DNA from: Azolla caroliniana
Lineage: Eukaryota; Plantae; Polypodiophyta
Length of the DNA: 64,000 nt
Direction of reading: 5' to 3'
Assembly (NCBI GenBank): GCA_043228905.1
Contig: JBHGNT010000016.1
Coordinates: 18,724,001-18,788,000, forward strand
This document shows, in pieces, positions 50,354 to 62,006 of the stretch. Numbering within the stretch: the stretch's first letter is position 1; the number at the start of each line of letters is the position of its first letter. Made by a program: the position numbers and the translations under genes. Below the pieces are notes generated by a model, which was not told the origin of the DNA, did not search any database, and saw only the letters and a list, made by a program, of their open reading frames with translations.

Positions 50354-50759
50354 TCCAACACTACAATACTAGGGATTTCAAGCTAGTTTGAATAGGAAAT
50401 TCACAACATTGTGCTATGATAATCATTGGAGCGGTAGAAGTTAACCTTCTCGGCCAATCTCTGATCTAAGGCAGAAAACTCGAAGAAGTTGATTTCCAAT
50501 CAAGGTTCTTGTTAGGAGGGTTGGTTGATCCACAAAGTGAACCTCCGACTTGTTGACTATTTTACCCTTTCTATGTCACTTAGTGGACTATTTTTTAACA
50601 GTCTTCGAGTGTCCTCATTATGGCATGGCAGACTAGTGCACTTGAGCAAGACTAGCATCATGTAGTTATCTAAGACTACTTAGATCTCTTCTATTTTGAC
50701 CATCAAATTTGTGGCCATCTCCAATCTTGCAAACATACAACATCACCTCACTTGATTGG

Positions 50760-51215
50760 CACACGTAGTTCATTCGGACTTTTGTGGACCTATGCCACAT
50801 CACTCTCTCAATGGTGCCTCATCATTCCTTACGTGTATTGATGATCTGACCTAGAAGGTGTTGGTCTACTTGATGAGGACCAAAGACAAAGACAAAGCCT
50901 TTGCTTCTTCCTATATTATTTGCAATGGTTGAGAATTACACAGACCGAAAGCTAGCAAGCAACCAAAAGCTAAAATTCTTGCGATTCGATAATGGAGAAG
51001 AGTATAAATAAGATGAATCAATAGTTTTTTGCAAACAAAGAGGTACCCAATGTGAATTCATGACACCCTATAGTCCAAAGTAGAATGGCATTACTAAACA
51101 CATGATGAAGCACTTTGATTTATCTTATGGCTTCTAGTTTGAGGCTAATACTCACTACAATGCACGTAATCAACATCAAGATATCTTGCAAGAGCTCTAG
51201 ACTAGTCCTAAGTGT
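50760..51215 (+). pseudogene. Highly decayed copia integrase remnant
   Basis: KLKFLRFDNGEEY and TPYSPK*NGI motifs. Confidence 0.65.
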
Positions 51216-52813
51216 TAAATATAATCAATGATCAACCCCAAGTTGTAAATCTATCCCCATATGTACCCTTAGAGTGCACATTTTGTGATATCGCCCCAAA
51301 TGAGGAGTAGCTATTGTGCAACTCGACCATATGAGTCGATAAGGTGTCAATCTAGGAAACCATAGATACGGAGGACACGATGTATTTAGGAAAGAGCAAC
51401 GAGACAAATAAGATTGGCTAATCAAGTTAACTATAAAATATTTTGTGGGCAAGTTACGATGTACTTAGTATTGAAGTATGTGCCATTGACTTTAAGATAA
51501 GTACTATCTAGCACTAGCTTGTATCTACTGAGCTGGGTCATATTAAATGACAAGTCAATTGACAGAAAAAGGAAATATCCACTACTATCAATTGACATGC
51601 ACATTTAATGTTACACTCAAACCAAACACAGAATACAACCCACTTTCTTACATAGTGGCTGAATCCAATGATCAGTCCCCACTAATTTTGTAGTGAGCTG
51701 GTCCAAATCCCATCTAACACTAAGTACAAGGTCATGGCATGGCTTCTAGTATGAGGCTATATTCACTACAATGCACATAATAAACGTCAAGATATCTTGT
51801 AAGAGCTCCAGACCAGTCCTAAGTGCAACGCCATATCAAACAAGAATACAACATCCATTCATCTTTAGAAATTAGGAAGTCCTCACCGCTCAAAGAAAAT
51901 TTGATTGATTACATGAAATTGTTTGTTTAGGTGCCTACTTGAGGCCATTTAAAATATTCTTGAGTTGGCAAACTAGATGTTCCTAGCAAGATGACATGAA
52001 ACCTTTTGGTTTGCTACTAATATATTTCTTTGTCTAGATCACCATGGAAAAAGGTTGTAGAAGAAGCTTCAAGTCCGCAACAACTAATAGCTCAATAAGA
52101 ATCAAAGGGTTGTCATTTTCATTACCTATGAAAAGATCTCCTCAAAATCAACTCTTGGGCATTGTGCTTCTAATTCCTTGCACCTTTGTTATGTACATGT
52201 TAACTTATTAAACTTGCATATGTGCAATGTGCAAAGAAGAGGTGCACAATATTCACCCCAAAGCCGAGTGACTATGGTATCTCCTACTACAAAGGAGCTC
52301 GTGTCCATGAATACAAGCTCGGCTAGACCCATTGAGCGGTTCTTTAACAAGGGATTGAGGCAACCTGGAGCAGCAACACTTGGTAGCTTCGAGCTTTTCG
52401 TGCGTGTCTCTCAATTTTTGTTTTGCCTTCTCATGCGCAAATTATGACGGCATAAATCTTGTGAAATTCAGAAGGTTTCTGTACCTACTTAAAATATAAT
52501 ACCTTTTGTATGCAACTCCCAACTTCACGGTCATACCATAATCAACAGCTTTTGTGCCATCCCCCAAATTAGGTAGTTCAACAATCAAATGTCAATAAAG
52601 GTACAAGAAGGTTATCCAAAAGGCTAGCATTGCTAAAGCACATGGACCAAATGATTGGGTATGTACATTAAGAAACTACAAACATGGGGAACTGATCATT
52701 TATTCATAAGATACGTGCATGGATATACAACATAATTGCACATGAGAGTGAGACACATTTATATGTAGCATGGAACTTTAGAGAGGGATAAGGTATGAAA
52801 TGTCTTGAAGATT

Positions 52814-55800
52814 TTAAACAAATTGGTCAAGATAGTCATCAACAGAAGTATACTTGACATCAGGGTAGAGTGAGGTAGCCTCGACATCATTGGGTCCAAG
52901 CTCGAAATTTGTTTGCTCCCCTTTGAAGACAATGTTATGCAGAATAGATGGAAAAATGTTCTCTGGAAATGGAGTACCTACAGTGGACCGACATCACATC
53001 ATTTGAATGTTTTACTAAAAGGAAATACACAAAAATGAGACTAAAAAAATTTAGAGAAACAAAAAATGGGTTTAGGGACATACTCTCGATCTCCTTCACA
53101 AATTCTTCCTCGGTCATAGTTATTTTCTCCAAGGTTTTTCCAATTTTCTTTTCCCATTTATCGACCAACTCGTTCAAGGTAACGATATTTGCAGGTGGCC
53201 GAATGTGGAGGATCTTATTCAAGGCTCTCGGATCGAATGCAGCTTTGATTGTGTAGGTTCCGACGTCTTCCTCATGGACAACAATAGCTTGAAAAGGAGC
53301 GAAGTAATTAATTAATAGCATTGATATGAGACTTCTTACAAATAACATTGATATGCATCACAGTTCTTATGCCCATGCATCGATATTTCTTTTTAAGTAA
53401 CATGGTGGTCAATCAATGATGTCCACTATCACACACACTCTTTGGCTTATGTATTGATAAATTAGAAGAAGTGGTGAATAAGGTTGCACGAGAAGGAGTG
53501 AATGCCCCCAAATTGTTGCAACATGTTATATTATTACGTCTATATGCAGATGATGTGGTATTCTTCTCATATGATGTTGATAGTATGCAACATTTACTTA
53601 GGGTATTAGAAGAATTTTGTCATAGTAATGGACTAGCAATGAATGTGGAGAAAACAAAAATGATGGTAGAGCAAACCATCCAACCTCATCATTACCCTAT
53701 GCTCACATATAGAGGTGAACATATATAATTTGTTCGAAGCTTTAAATCATTAAGGATGAAGTGGGAAGATGCTAAGCGGACAAAGCTAGAATACTACATT
53801 GCAAATGTCAACCCTGAATGTTGGTCTCAATACAAAGCAAGAATGCCTATTGATCGTATCCAACCTTATCTCATTATCAATCTGAGTAGTAATGCTCATA
53901 GAGCCCTTACACTACTTCGCACTCGATCTCACATGTTAGGTATTGAAGTTGCAATATGGTATCAAAATGTAACGAATTTGAAGACATGTAAGTAATGCAA
54001 TGAAGGCATGGTAGAGGATGAATGTCACTTGCTCGACATATAGTGCAATTCGTTCAAGATATGCTAACAAATTAAGAGGGAGTGATAACTTAAGTGCCAC
54101 ACTTAAGACACCACCTAGAAGGTTGAGCTCGTATGTGTATGCTTTATTCACACATAGCGACTTTGTGCTTCAATGTATGAATACCCCTTCTTAGGAAGGA
54201 GACCCATATCAAGAACACATATATACTCTGGTCCCATAGGTCAAAACTAGCCTCTTTATGGACGATAAAAATTCTAATTCTAATATATATATATATATAA
54301 ATTCTCCATGGAGAAAAACATAGCTCTTAAATATATATGACCACTTTTTCTCCTCAGTTGATATGGGCATTTCTTCTTCTCTATGGATATAAAAGACACT
54401 TGGATTCTTTCTCTCTTAATAGGGGGGTTGGATTTAACATTTGTGGAAACAATTTTGAGAATAAATGTGACATTTTTATTCTTTTGTTTTTACCTTTCAC
54501 ATCTCCACTTCCATAGATTGTGACTTTGTCTCTTGGAGGGGATGTATGGCCTTCCTGGAGGAGATTTGAAAGGAAATGGCCGGCAAAGCCATTGGAAACA
54601 ACATATGTGTAGGGTATGTCAGCATCCTCAATGCTCCTTCGGAATTCTACTTTCGTTTTGAACAGGCTTTGGGCGGGTTCCAAGAAATGTGAACGATCAA
54701 AATCATTGCCAAACTCTGATGGGATAAACCTCTACACCATCAATTTGAACCCCATTTTAATAATGAAATTTTAGGACATCAGATTTCCAGAATAATAATA
54801 CAATGGTAATCAAAGGCAGAACAATACAACAATGGTAATCATAGGCATAATGTTTAAAAGCAATGTAAAAATTTCAAGAGCACCAGAATTTCCAAATAAA
54901 ATGAAGAGAAATTGCAATTCAAGGTCATACTTGCAATGCAAGGTAACAATTTGTCAAGAAGCAATGCAACTCAAAAGCATACAAGTTTTCCGAATGAGAT
55001 TACGGGAAAGTGCAATTCAAAAAGGCCATACTTGCAATGAAATGCCACAAATTTTCATAAAAACAGTGTGATTCAGAGGCATACAATTTCTAGATATGAC
55101 CACAAATAGCAATGAGCAATTCAAATTTCAGACCTTGATTGTGCCAACTTCTTTGATGGCGTCAAGGACCTTGAGCTGATCCTTGAGCTGAGCTCCACCA
55201 ACAGCAGAGATGACCACATCCACTTGCTTAAATGCGGCTACAAGGCTCTCATGGTCATCCAACGAACCCTAAAAAACAAACCGGCCAAGAAGAACAAAGG
55301 GAAACATTAGCTGCTCTGTCTCTTAGCAACAACTCCGAAATGAAATAACCCTCAATTTTTGTTTCCCAAAATACCCAAACACTTTTCACCATTTCCACAA
55401 AATGCCTCAGGTCAAATCTCAAGAAGAAAGAAAGAAAGAAATGGAGATGATATTGTTTTCCATATGATTGCTTAGACAAGACAGGGGATTTAGCAAGACA
55501 TAGTTAGGGGAATGTTGGGGAAGTAGATTACGGTCAGGGTTATCTCCGATGTTTTCAATCTGTTCAATTAGAACTACGCGGAGTATGTCATGCCACAAAA
55601 CCTTAAAGTACCAGAAGAAAAAGGAACCTATTTCCTCAGTTTGATCAAGTATAAGAAACCTTAGGACCACAAAGGAACCCTCATGAAAGCAACCCTAGCT
55701 ACCATCAGATTGGGATGGCATACTAGAAGAAAACAATCAAATGAAAAGAAAGAAGAGTGAGTGACTAACAATTAAAAGAAGGAATCAGAGATGCATGGTG

Positions 55801-56012
55801 AGAGGGAGGGGATTTGTTACCTGGAGGATGGTGATGCCTGCGGATTGGAGGGATTGGACAATGTCAGGTTTGGAGGCGATGGTGGAGGGTCTGATGAGGG
55901 CGAAGGTGGGATGGCCCAAGGATGCCCCTGCAAGGGCTATGAACTTCCCGATGTAGCCTGTGGCGCCCAGAACCAGGACTCTTTTGCTCTCCTCTTCTCC
56001 ATCTCCTGCCAT
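52814..56012 (-). CDS. Isoflavone reductase-like / phenylcoumaran benzylic ether reductase-like (PIP, NmrA-type SDR); exons 56012-55821, 55268-55134, 54731-54494, 53287-53084, 52977-52814 (310 aa)
   Basis: GATGYIG NADPH motif, VDVVISAVG, KRFIPSEFGND, K..RR.IE..IPYTYV, LYPDVKYTSVDDYL; GT-AG introns all in phase. Confidence 0.95.
53440..54285 (+). mobile_element. Internally deleted LINE remnant in intron 3 of the reductase gene (antisense)
   Basis: RT motif LYADDVV; C-terminal RTRSHMLGIE..TCK*CNEGMVEDECHLL; TTCTAA-type tail before (AT)n. Confidence 0.8.
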
Positions 56013-56518
56013 ATCTCTCTGTCTCTCTCTCTCTCTCTCTGAGAAATCAAAGCTCCAAGTCTCAGAATCAGAACACAATGGGAGAAGGAAGAAGCAGGGG
56101 AGGGTATATATATATATATATATATATAAAGGCAGTGTAGATTTAGTTCTTACTCTTAAAGACTTAAAGACAAATGAATGTATTTGTTTTAGTTTGTTAA
56201 CTTGTGTGGGAGACAAAAAAAAATGAAAATGTTTTGTCTGTCTTGTTTGAATGTTTGTCGAAGAATTAGGTTGTCTGCATCGGTTTTAGTTGTGTGTGTA
56301 CGTGTGTTAGTTTAAGTTTTGTGTGTGTGTGTGTGTCTGCGTCTCTGGGGTTCGGCTCTGATCAATAGGTAGACCATGTCTGTCTTCTTTCCCACGTGCT
56401 CGTGTTCGACCTACAATGAATCCACATTTCTTTGTATGCTTGTGGCAATCCTTTCCTCGTCCCCGTCTGCCCTGTCACTACTTGGATGTGACATTATCGC
56501 TCGCGTTTAGGGTGTACC

Positions 56519-58220
56519 TTGGTTGGCCTCGCATCACGGTTCAGTGCGATGATAATCGCTATCCTAGCAAGAAAGAATTCTCCCTCTTTCTTCAATCTTC
56601 AATCAATGTTGTTGGTTGAAGAAAACCATGTTCGAACAAGGAGCAACACCTCGGAAGGCCACATGCTGTATACACACTCAAACGGAGGAAGAGGGCGCGG
56701 TCATGCAAGAAGAGGCCGATTCGGCCAAGGACGAGGCGGACGAGCTTCGACCTATGAAAACAACTCCCATTACCGGCAAGATGGTGGAAACTCAAGAGGA
56801 CCGTTCGAAAGAAGGGGGAGCTTCCATGCCGGTCCAAGCCTACAAAACAACCCCATCGAATGTGGATATTGTGGCAAAATCGGTCACCATGAAGAGTAGT
56901 GTTGAAAGAAGAAGAGTGAGTCGGCTTTTACAAGCCGACAACTCACCAATTATGCCACCAACTTCGAATACGACAACTATGGTGGATTATTCAGACCGAG
57001 ACATAGAGTGAACTCTATGTCGGCCTCTGGCCCAACCAACGCCTCTAATTCGGAAGACGTATGGTTTGTTGACTCCGGAGCATCAAACCATATGACGTCA
57101 CATCAAGAATGGTTCCAAGACCTACGAGAGCCGGATTGACCTGGCTATGTCAAGACCGGAGATGACACTACACATCCGATTCAACATGTCGACAATGTCC
57201 CATTCCGGAAAGAAGGCGAACAAACTTGCATTAAAAACGTCTTGCATGTACTGACCATAATGAAGAATTTGGTCTTGGTCGGCCGAATTGTTGAGCAAGG
57301 CATGCAAGTTCGATTCAACCAAGGTGGTTGCTTTATCGAGAAGGAAGGCCAACTCATCGCTAGGGGTTGAAGGGAAAGCCGAATGTTTATCCTCGAGCCG
57401 AACGAGGTAAAATCGGCCATGTTTGCAAAGGGCCTCAAAGCCAACACAGACATAGAGTTGTGGCACAAGAGAATTGACAACATCAACCTTCAAAAGCTCA
57501 AGGGGATGCAATAAAAAGGAGTCATCATCGGCCTCCCCACCTTCAAAGAGGAAGAGATTGAAGGAATATGTGAAGCTTGCCACTTCCGTAAACAATATCG
57601 GCACTCATTTCCAAAAGTCTGAACGAAACATGAGCAAAGGTGTCCTATATGTGATCCACTCAGACGTGTGGGGATCAACATAGATGACAACATTTGGAGG
57701 ATGTCGGTACTATGTCACCTTTATCGATGACTTCTCTAGGCACACATGGATCTTTCCCATGAGGTAGAAGAGTGAAGCGTTTGCACAACTGGTCGGCATG
57801 TACGATGTCTTCAGTTAGACGGAGGTAATGAATACTTCTCCGATGCATTCACGGCATACCTTAACAAGAAGGAATTCGGCGAGAGTTTACGTGCCAACAC
57901 ACACCGCAACAGAATGGAGTGGTTGAACGCAAAAATCGGCATATACTCGAAGGAGCACGGGCCATGTTGAATGAGAAGTATATGGCCAAGTCATATTGGG
58001 CAGAAGCGGCAAATACAGCCGTCTACCTCATGAACCGGTGCACAACATCTGGATTGCACGATGTAACCCCTTATGAGAAGTACTATGGAAGGAAGCCAGA
58101 TCTATCCCACATCAAGATATTCAGTTCTATTGCATACGTGTACATTCCTAATGAAAAGCGGCAAAAGCTACATCCCAAGTCAGAGAAATGCATCCTTGGA
58201 GGATACCCATTGGAGCAAAA
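56519..58220 (+). mobile_element. Copia A-family fragment (gag end, protease, integrase), no LTR
   Basis: Collinear with about 14160-15935; many stops. Confidence 0.9.
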
Positions 58221-61200
58221 TGTAGGAAATAGCGTGGAATATTGCTCAGCCACAACCGAGTCTTGAATCACTTGAATGAGAATCAAACACAAAAATGGGA
58301 AGTAGGGAGTGAACGCACGTACACACACAAACAACGATAGAGAACACATGATGTTTATGTGGAAAACCATGGGAGCCCACAGACTCCAAACTATCACTAT
58401 ATGAGACAGGTACAATCAGAGACTTGGAGGCAACAACCTCAAGCTCTGTATCTTCGCTCTATGTCTCACTCTCTCTCTCCCTATACAATATGGTCTCAAC
58501 AACAATTGACAACAACTCTCTCTAAATGATTGCCCTAAGTCATATTTATGCCTATATGGCTTTCAAGCTATTTCCAAATATAGCCTCAATTGGCTTACTC
58601 TAACATATTTACAAATATGTCCCATCTTCCTGTTCTCACCGGGTTCATCTAATCCGGTTTCTGGATCTCATCCAGAACCCTTCCGGATCTGGTTCCTTCA
58701 TCCAACTCGTCCGATCTGGTTCCTTCGGTTCTCATCCAGATCCAATCTAAAGGGACCGAATTCCCTCCGGCATGGGATGTCTCGTCAACCCGATCCGCCT
58801 TCGGCACACGTCCAGCTTATCGGTTGTCAGCACCTTGGTCATCATATCTGATCCGTTCTCTTTCGTGTGGATCTTCGTCAGCACGAAGTCTTGATCTTCT
58901 ACCTTCTCCCAGAGCCAGTGATATCTCTGCTCGATGTGCTTCGTCCGGGAATGGTAGGTCGCATTCTTTGCAAGGTGGATGGCACTTTGATTGTCGCAGT
59001 AGAGCCGGAATTCCTCCTGCCGGATCCCTAGCTCTCCGATGAAGTCCTTCATCCAGATTATCACATTGTCGGCTTCCACAGTTGCCATGTACTCCGCTTC
59101 CATTGTCGACAATGCAATGGACTTCTGCAACCTCGACTGCCATGATACAGTTCCCCCCGCATAAGTCATGACATATCCGGATGTAGACCGCCTGTTATAT
59201 GCATCAGCCGACATATCTGAATCCGTGAATCTGTCAAGTTGGGGTTTACCAGAGCCAAACCGAAGGCACATGTCTGAGGTTCCCTTCAAGTATCAGAGTA
59301 TCCACTTGACCGCGTTCTAGTGTTCTTTGCCGGGATTGCTCATGAACCGATTGACTACTCCGACTGCATATCCGATATACAGCCGGGTACACACCATTGC
59401 GTACATCAAACTCCCGATAGCAAAGCCATATGGTATCTTCATCATATCCTCCTTCTCTGTCTTTGTCTTTGGACTTTGCTATCCAGACAATCTGCACTTT
59501 GCCGGGAGTGTCGATCCGACTGGTTTCGCCTCCGACATGTTGAACCTTTGGAGTACCTTTGTCACGTACTTTTCCTATGACAACCATAACAACTTCTTTG
59601 ACCGGTCCTGGATGATGTGCATTCCCAATATCTGTCTTGCAGGACCCAAGTCTCTCATTGAGAAGGTTCGGTTCAGAGCCTTCTTCAACATCCGTATCTT
59701 GACTTGGTCTCGTCCAATGATCAACATATCATCCACATAAAGGAGGAATATCAGGAAATCTCCTCCATCGAATTTCTTCACAAACACGCAATGATCAGCC
59801 TGTGTCTTGTGGTACCCTTGGTCAGTCATGAAGGAGTCGAACTTCCGGTACCATTGCTGGGGCGCTTACTTCAATCCGTATAGGCTCTTCCTCAACCGGC
59901 CACCAGGTGCTCCATCCCTTTCTTCACAAATCCTTCTAGTTGCTGCATGTAGATCTCCTCTTCGAGGTCACCATGGAGGAACGTTGTCTTGATGTCTAGT
60001 TTCTCTACCTCGAGGTCCATGCTTGCCGCTATGCTCAGCACCGCCCGGATGGAAGTCATCTTAACTACCGGGACAAAAATCTTATCAAAGTCTACTCCCT
60101 TCTTCTGTTGGAAACCCTTCACTACAATTCGAGCTTTGTATCTCGACGGGTTTCCGACATCTCCCAGTTTTAGCTTGTACACCCACTTGTTCCGGTGTCA
60201 TGTCGAAGCACGTCGTGTATAAGAGCTTGGTGTGTCCGGGCAGAACCGCTGGAGTTCTGAACCAAGAGAGTGGAAATAAGAAAGAGAAGAGTAGTCGAGC
60301 CGGAAATATCTCAATAGTCACTAGTGGTTTGCAGCCCTACACGTGAAGATAAAAACCCTTATATTGTTCCACCTACATAACCAAATTAAGTGTGCAAATA
60401 CATATGGGAAAGCCCTCTAGAAGAGCTTTCCAACGAGCTATAGAATGTCGAAAACAAATGTCAGAATTGAGAGTTATGAAGAGAATACCGTACAACGCTA
60501 CTCCTCAAACGTAGACGAAGAAGAAATGCCAAAATAGGAAATTCACTATTTCTTCGAGAGAAAAAAAACCCTTTACAAAATAGGACTCTTTTATTGTTTC
60601 CCTCCCCTCCATGACAAAAATCCTCCCCTCTTATACTAAATCGATGTCATTACATGTAGGCCACGTGGCACACACCTAGAGAAGCTTGTGCATGTGCGCG
60701 ATATAAAGCATGTGGGCCATGTGGCACACATGTAGAGAAACTTTGCATGTGCATTATATGGTGCACATGAAATACATTACATGGTTTTGACTACACAACA
60801 TTTGTTCCAAAATAATGCAAATAAATCCCTAAGAACAATAATACTGAAGAACTTTGAGTCTAGAATCTAAATCAACTCCAATGAGTCGAATCAGGTGGAT
60901 CTCCAAGGAGTGATGGGTCGGTCACCGAATCGAGATGCGTGGTTGTAGTTGAGGCAAGTGTGGAATTGTGGTGGCACCAATCGGTCGTATCCCTTTACAA
61001 CACCGGAATGCTCTCTTCCCTTTCGACAACTCCGTCAGTTCATATGTGTGGTTCTCATGTAGGGAATCCATCTTGTCCTGCATGGCACTCAACCACTTGC
61101 CGCTATGGGTGTCTCTCTTTGCTTCTTCGAAGCTTTCTGACTTCCCCTCATCGGTTAACAACACATGCTCTGCATTCGGAAATCTCCAAGGGGCTTTTCT

Positions 61201-61590
61201 CTCCCTTAGCGAATACCTCCGTCCTTGGCTTTCGGCAACTGGTTCTTCCATCTGTTTCTCATCTAAATCCGTTTTGGGGCCTTGTCCAGTTCCGGTTTCA
61301 ACTTCCTCTTCTTCTTCTTCAGTCGGTTCGGTTTCTGCTCTGAATTCGGCCAGTTCTTCAAGTGTCATCCAGCTTCCGGCCAGATGGGTCCTCAGGTCCT
61401 TCAGTGGATCTTTGCCTGCCGACCTGTAATTCATTATCTTTTTCTCCGACTCCCAATCGACAATGATCTTATCCTCCATGAAGATAATGTCCCGACTCTT
61501 GAATACCTTCTTGTCGACCAGATCCCACACCCGGTGACCGAACTCATCATCACTGTATCCAAGGAATATGCATGGCCTGGACTTCGGATC
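58221..61590 (-). mobile_element. Copia (C-like) 3' half: integrase end, RT, RNase H, 3' LTR (about 58221-58765)
   Basis: YKARIVVKGF, LYVDDML, CDNQSAIHLAKN; LTR shares family C motifs; PPT/LTR junction appears deleted. Confidence 0.88.
60196..61002. mobile_element. Solo LTR (807 bp) with 4-bp TSD
   Basis: TGTCA...CAACA flanked by CCGG on both sides; removal restores host RAFRNKWVY. Confidence 0.85.
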
Positions 61591-62006
61591 TGTAAACGAT
61601 TGCTTGCAGAAGCGTTAGAGAAGCAGAGAAAAACAGAAAATATGAAGAGAGTACACGGGAGAGACAGAGAGAGCAGAACATAAAAATTATCTTCAAAACT
61701 AATAGTAAACACTCTGTACATACTCTGTGCTCAGTAGCACTATTTATACAAGTCCTACGCGGACTGACAAAAGTACTGTGTACTTCAATGCTCACACGAG
61801 CATCTGACACTAACTCTGAGACTATAACTACCTAGTAATCTAACTTATTACTAGGCTTCCGGTTACTGTTGGATCCGACTAAACGGCTCTCTGCTCACCG
61901 ACTCTGTAGCTTGCCGGCTCGGTTGCTCACCGGCATACCGATCTGTCTCACTTACTGGCTCAGGCTTTTCAGCCGATCCGGCTCCAGTTGAGCTTGCCGC
62001 TCAACA
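61591..62006 (-). repeat. 3' LTR of copia element E (416 bp)
   Basis: PPT TTGAGGGGGAG (62007-62017) then TGTTGA...TTTACA. Confidence 0.88.
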
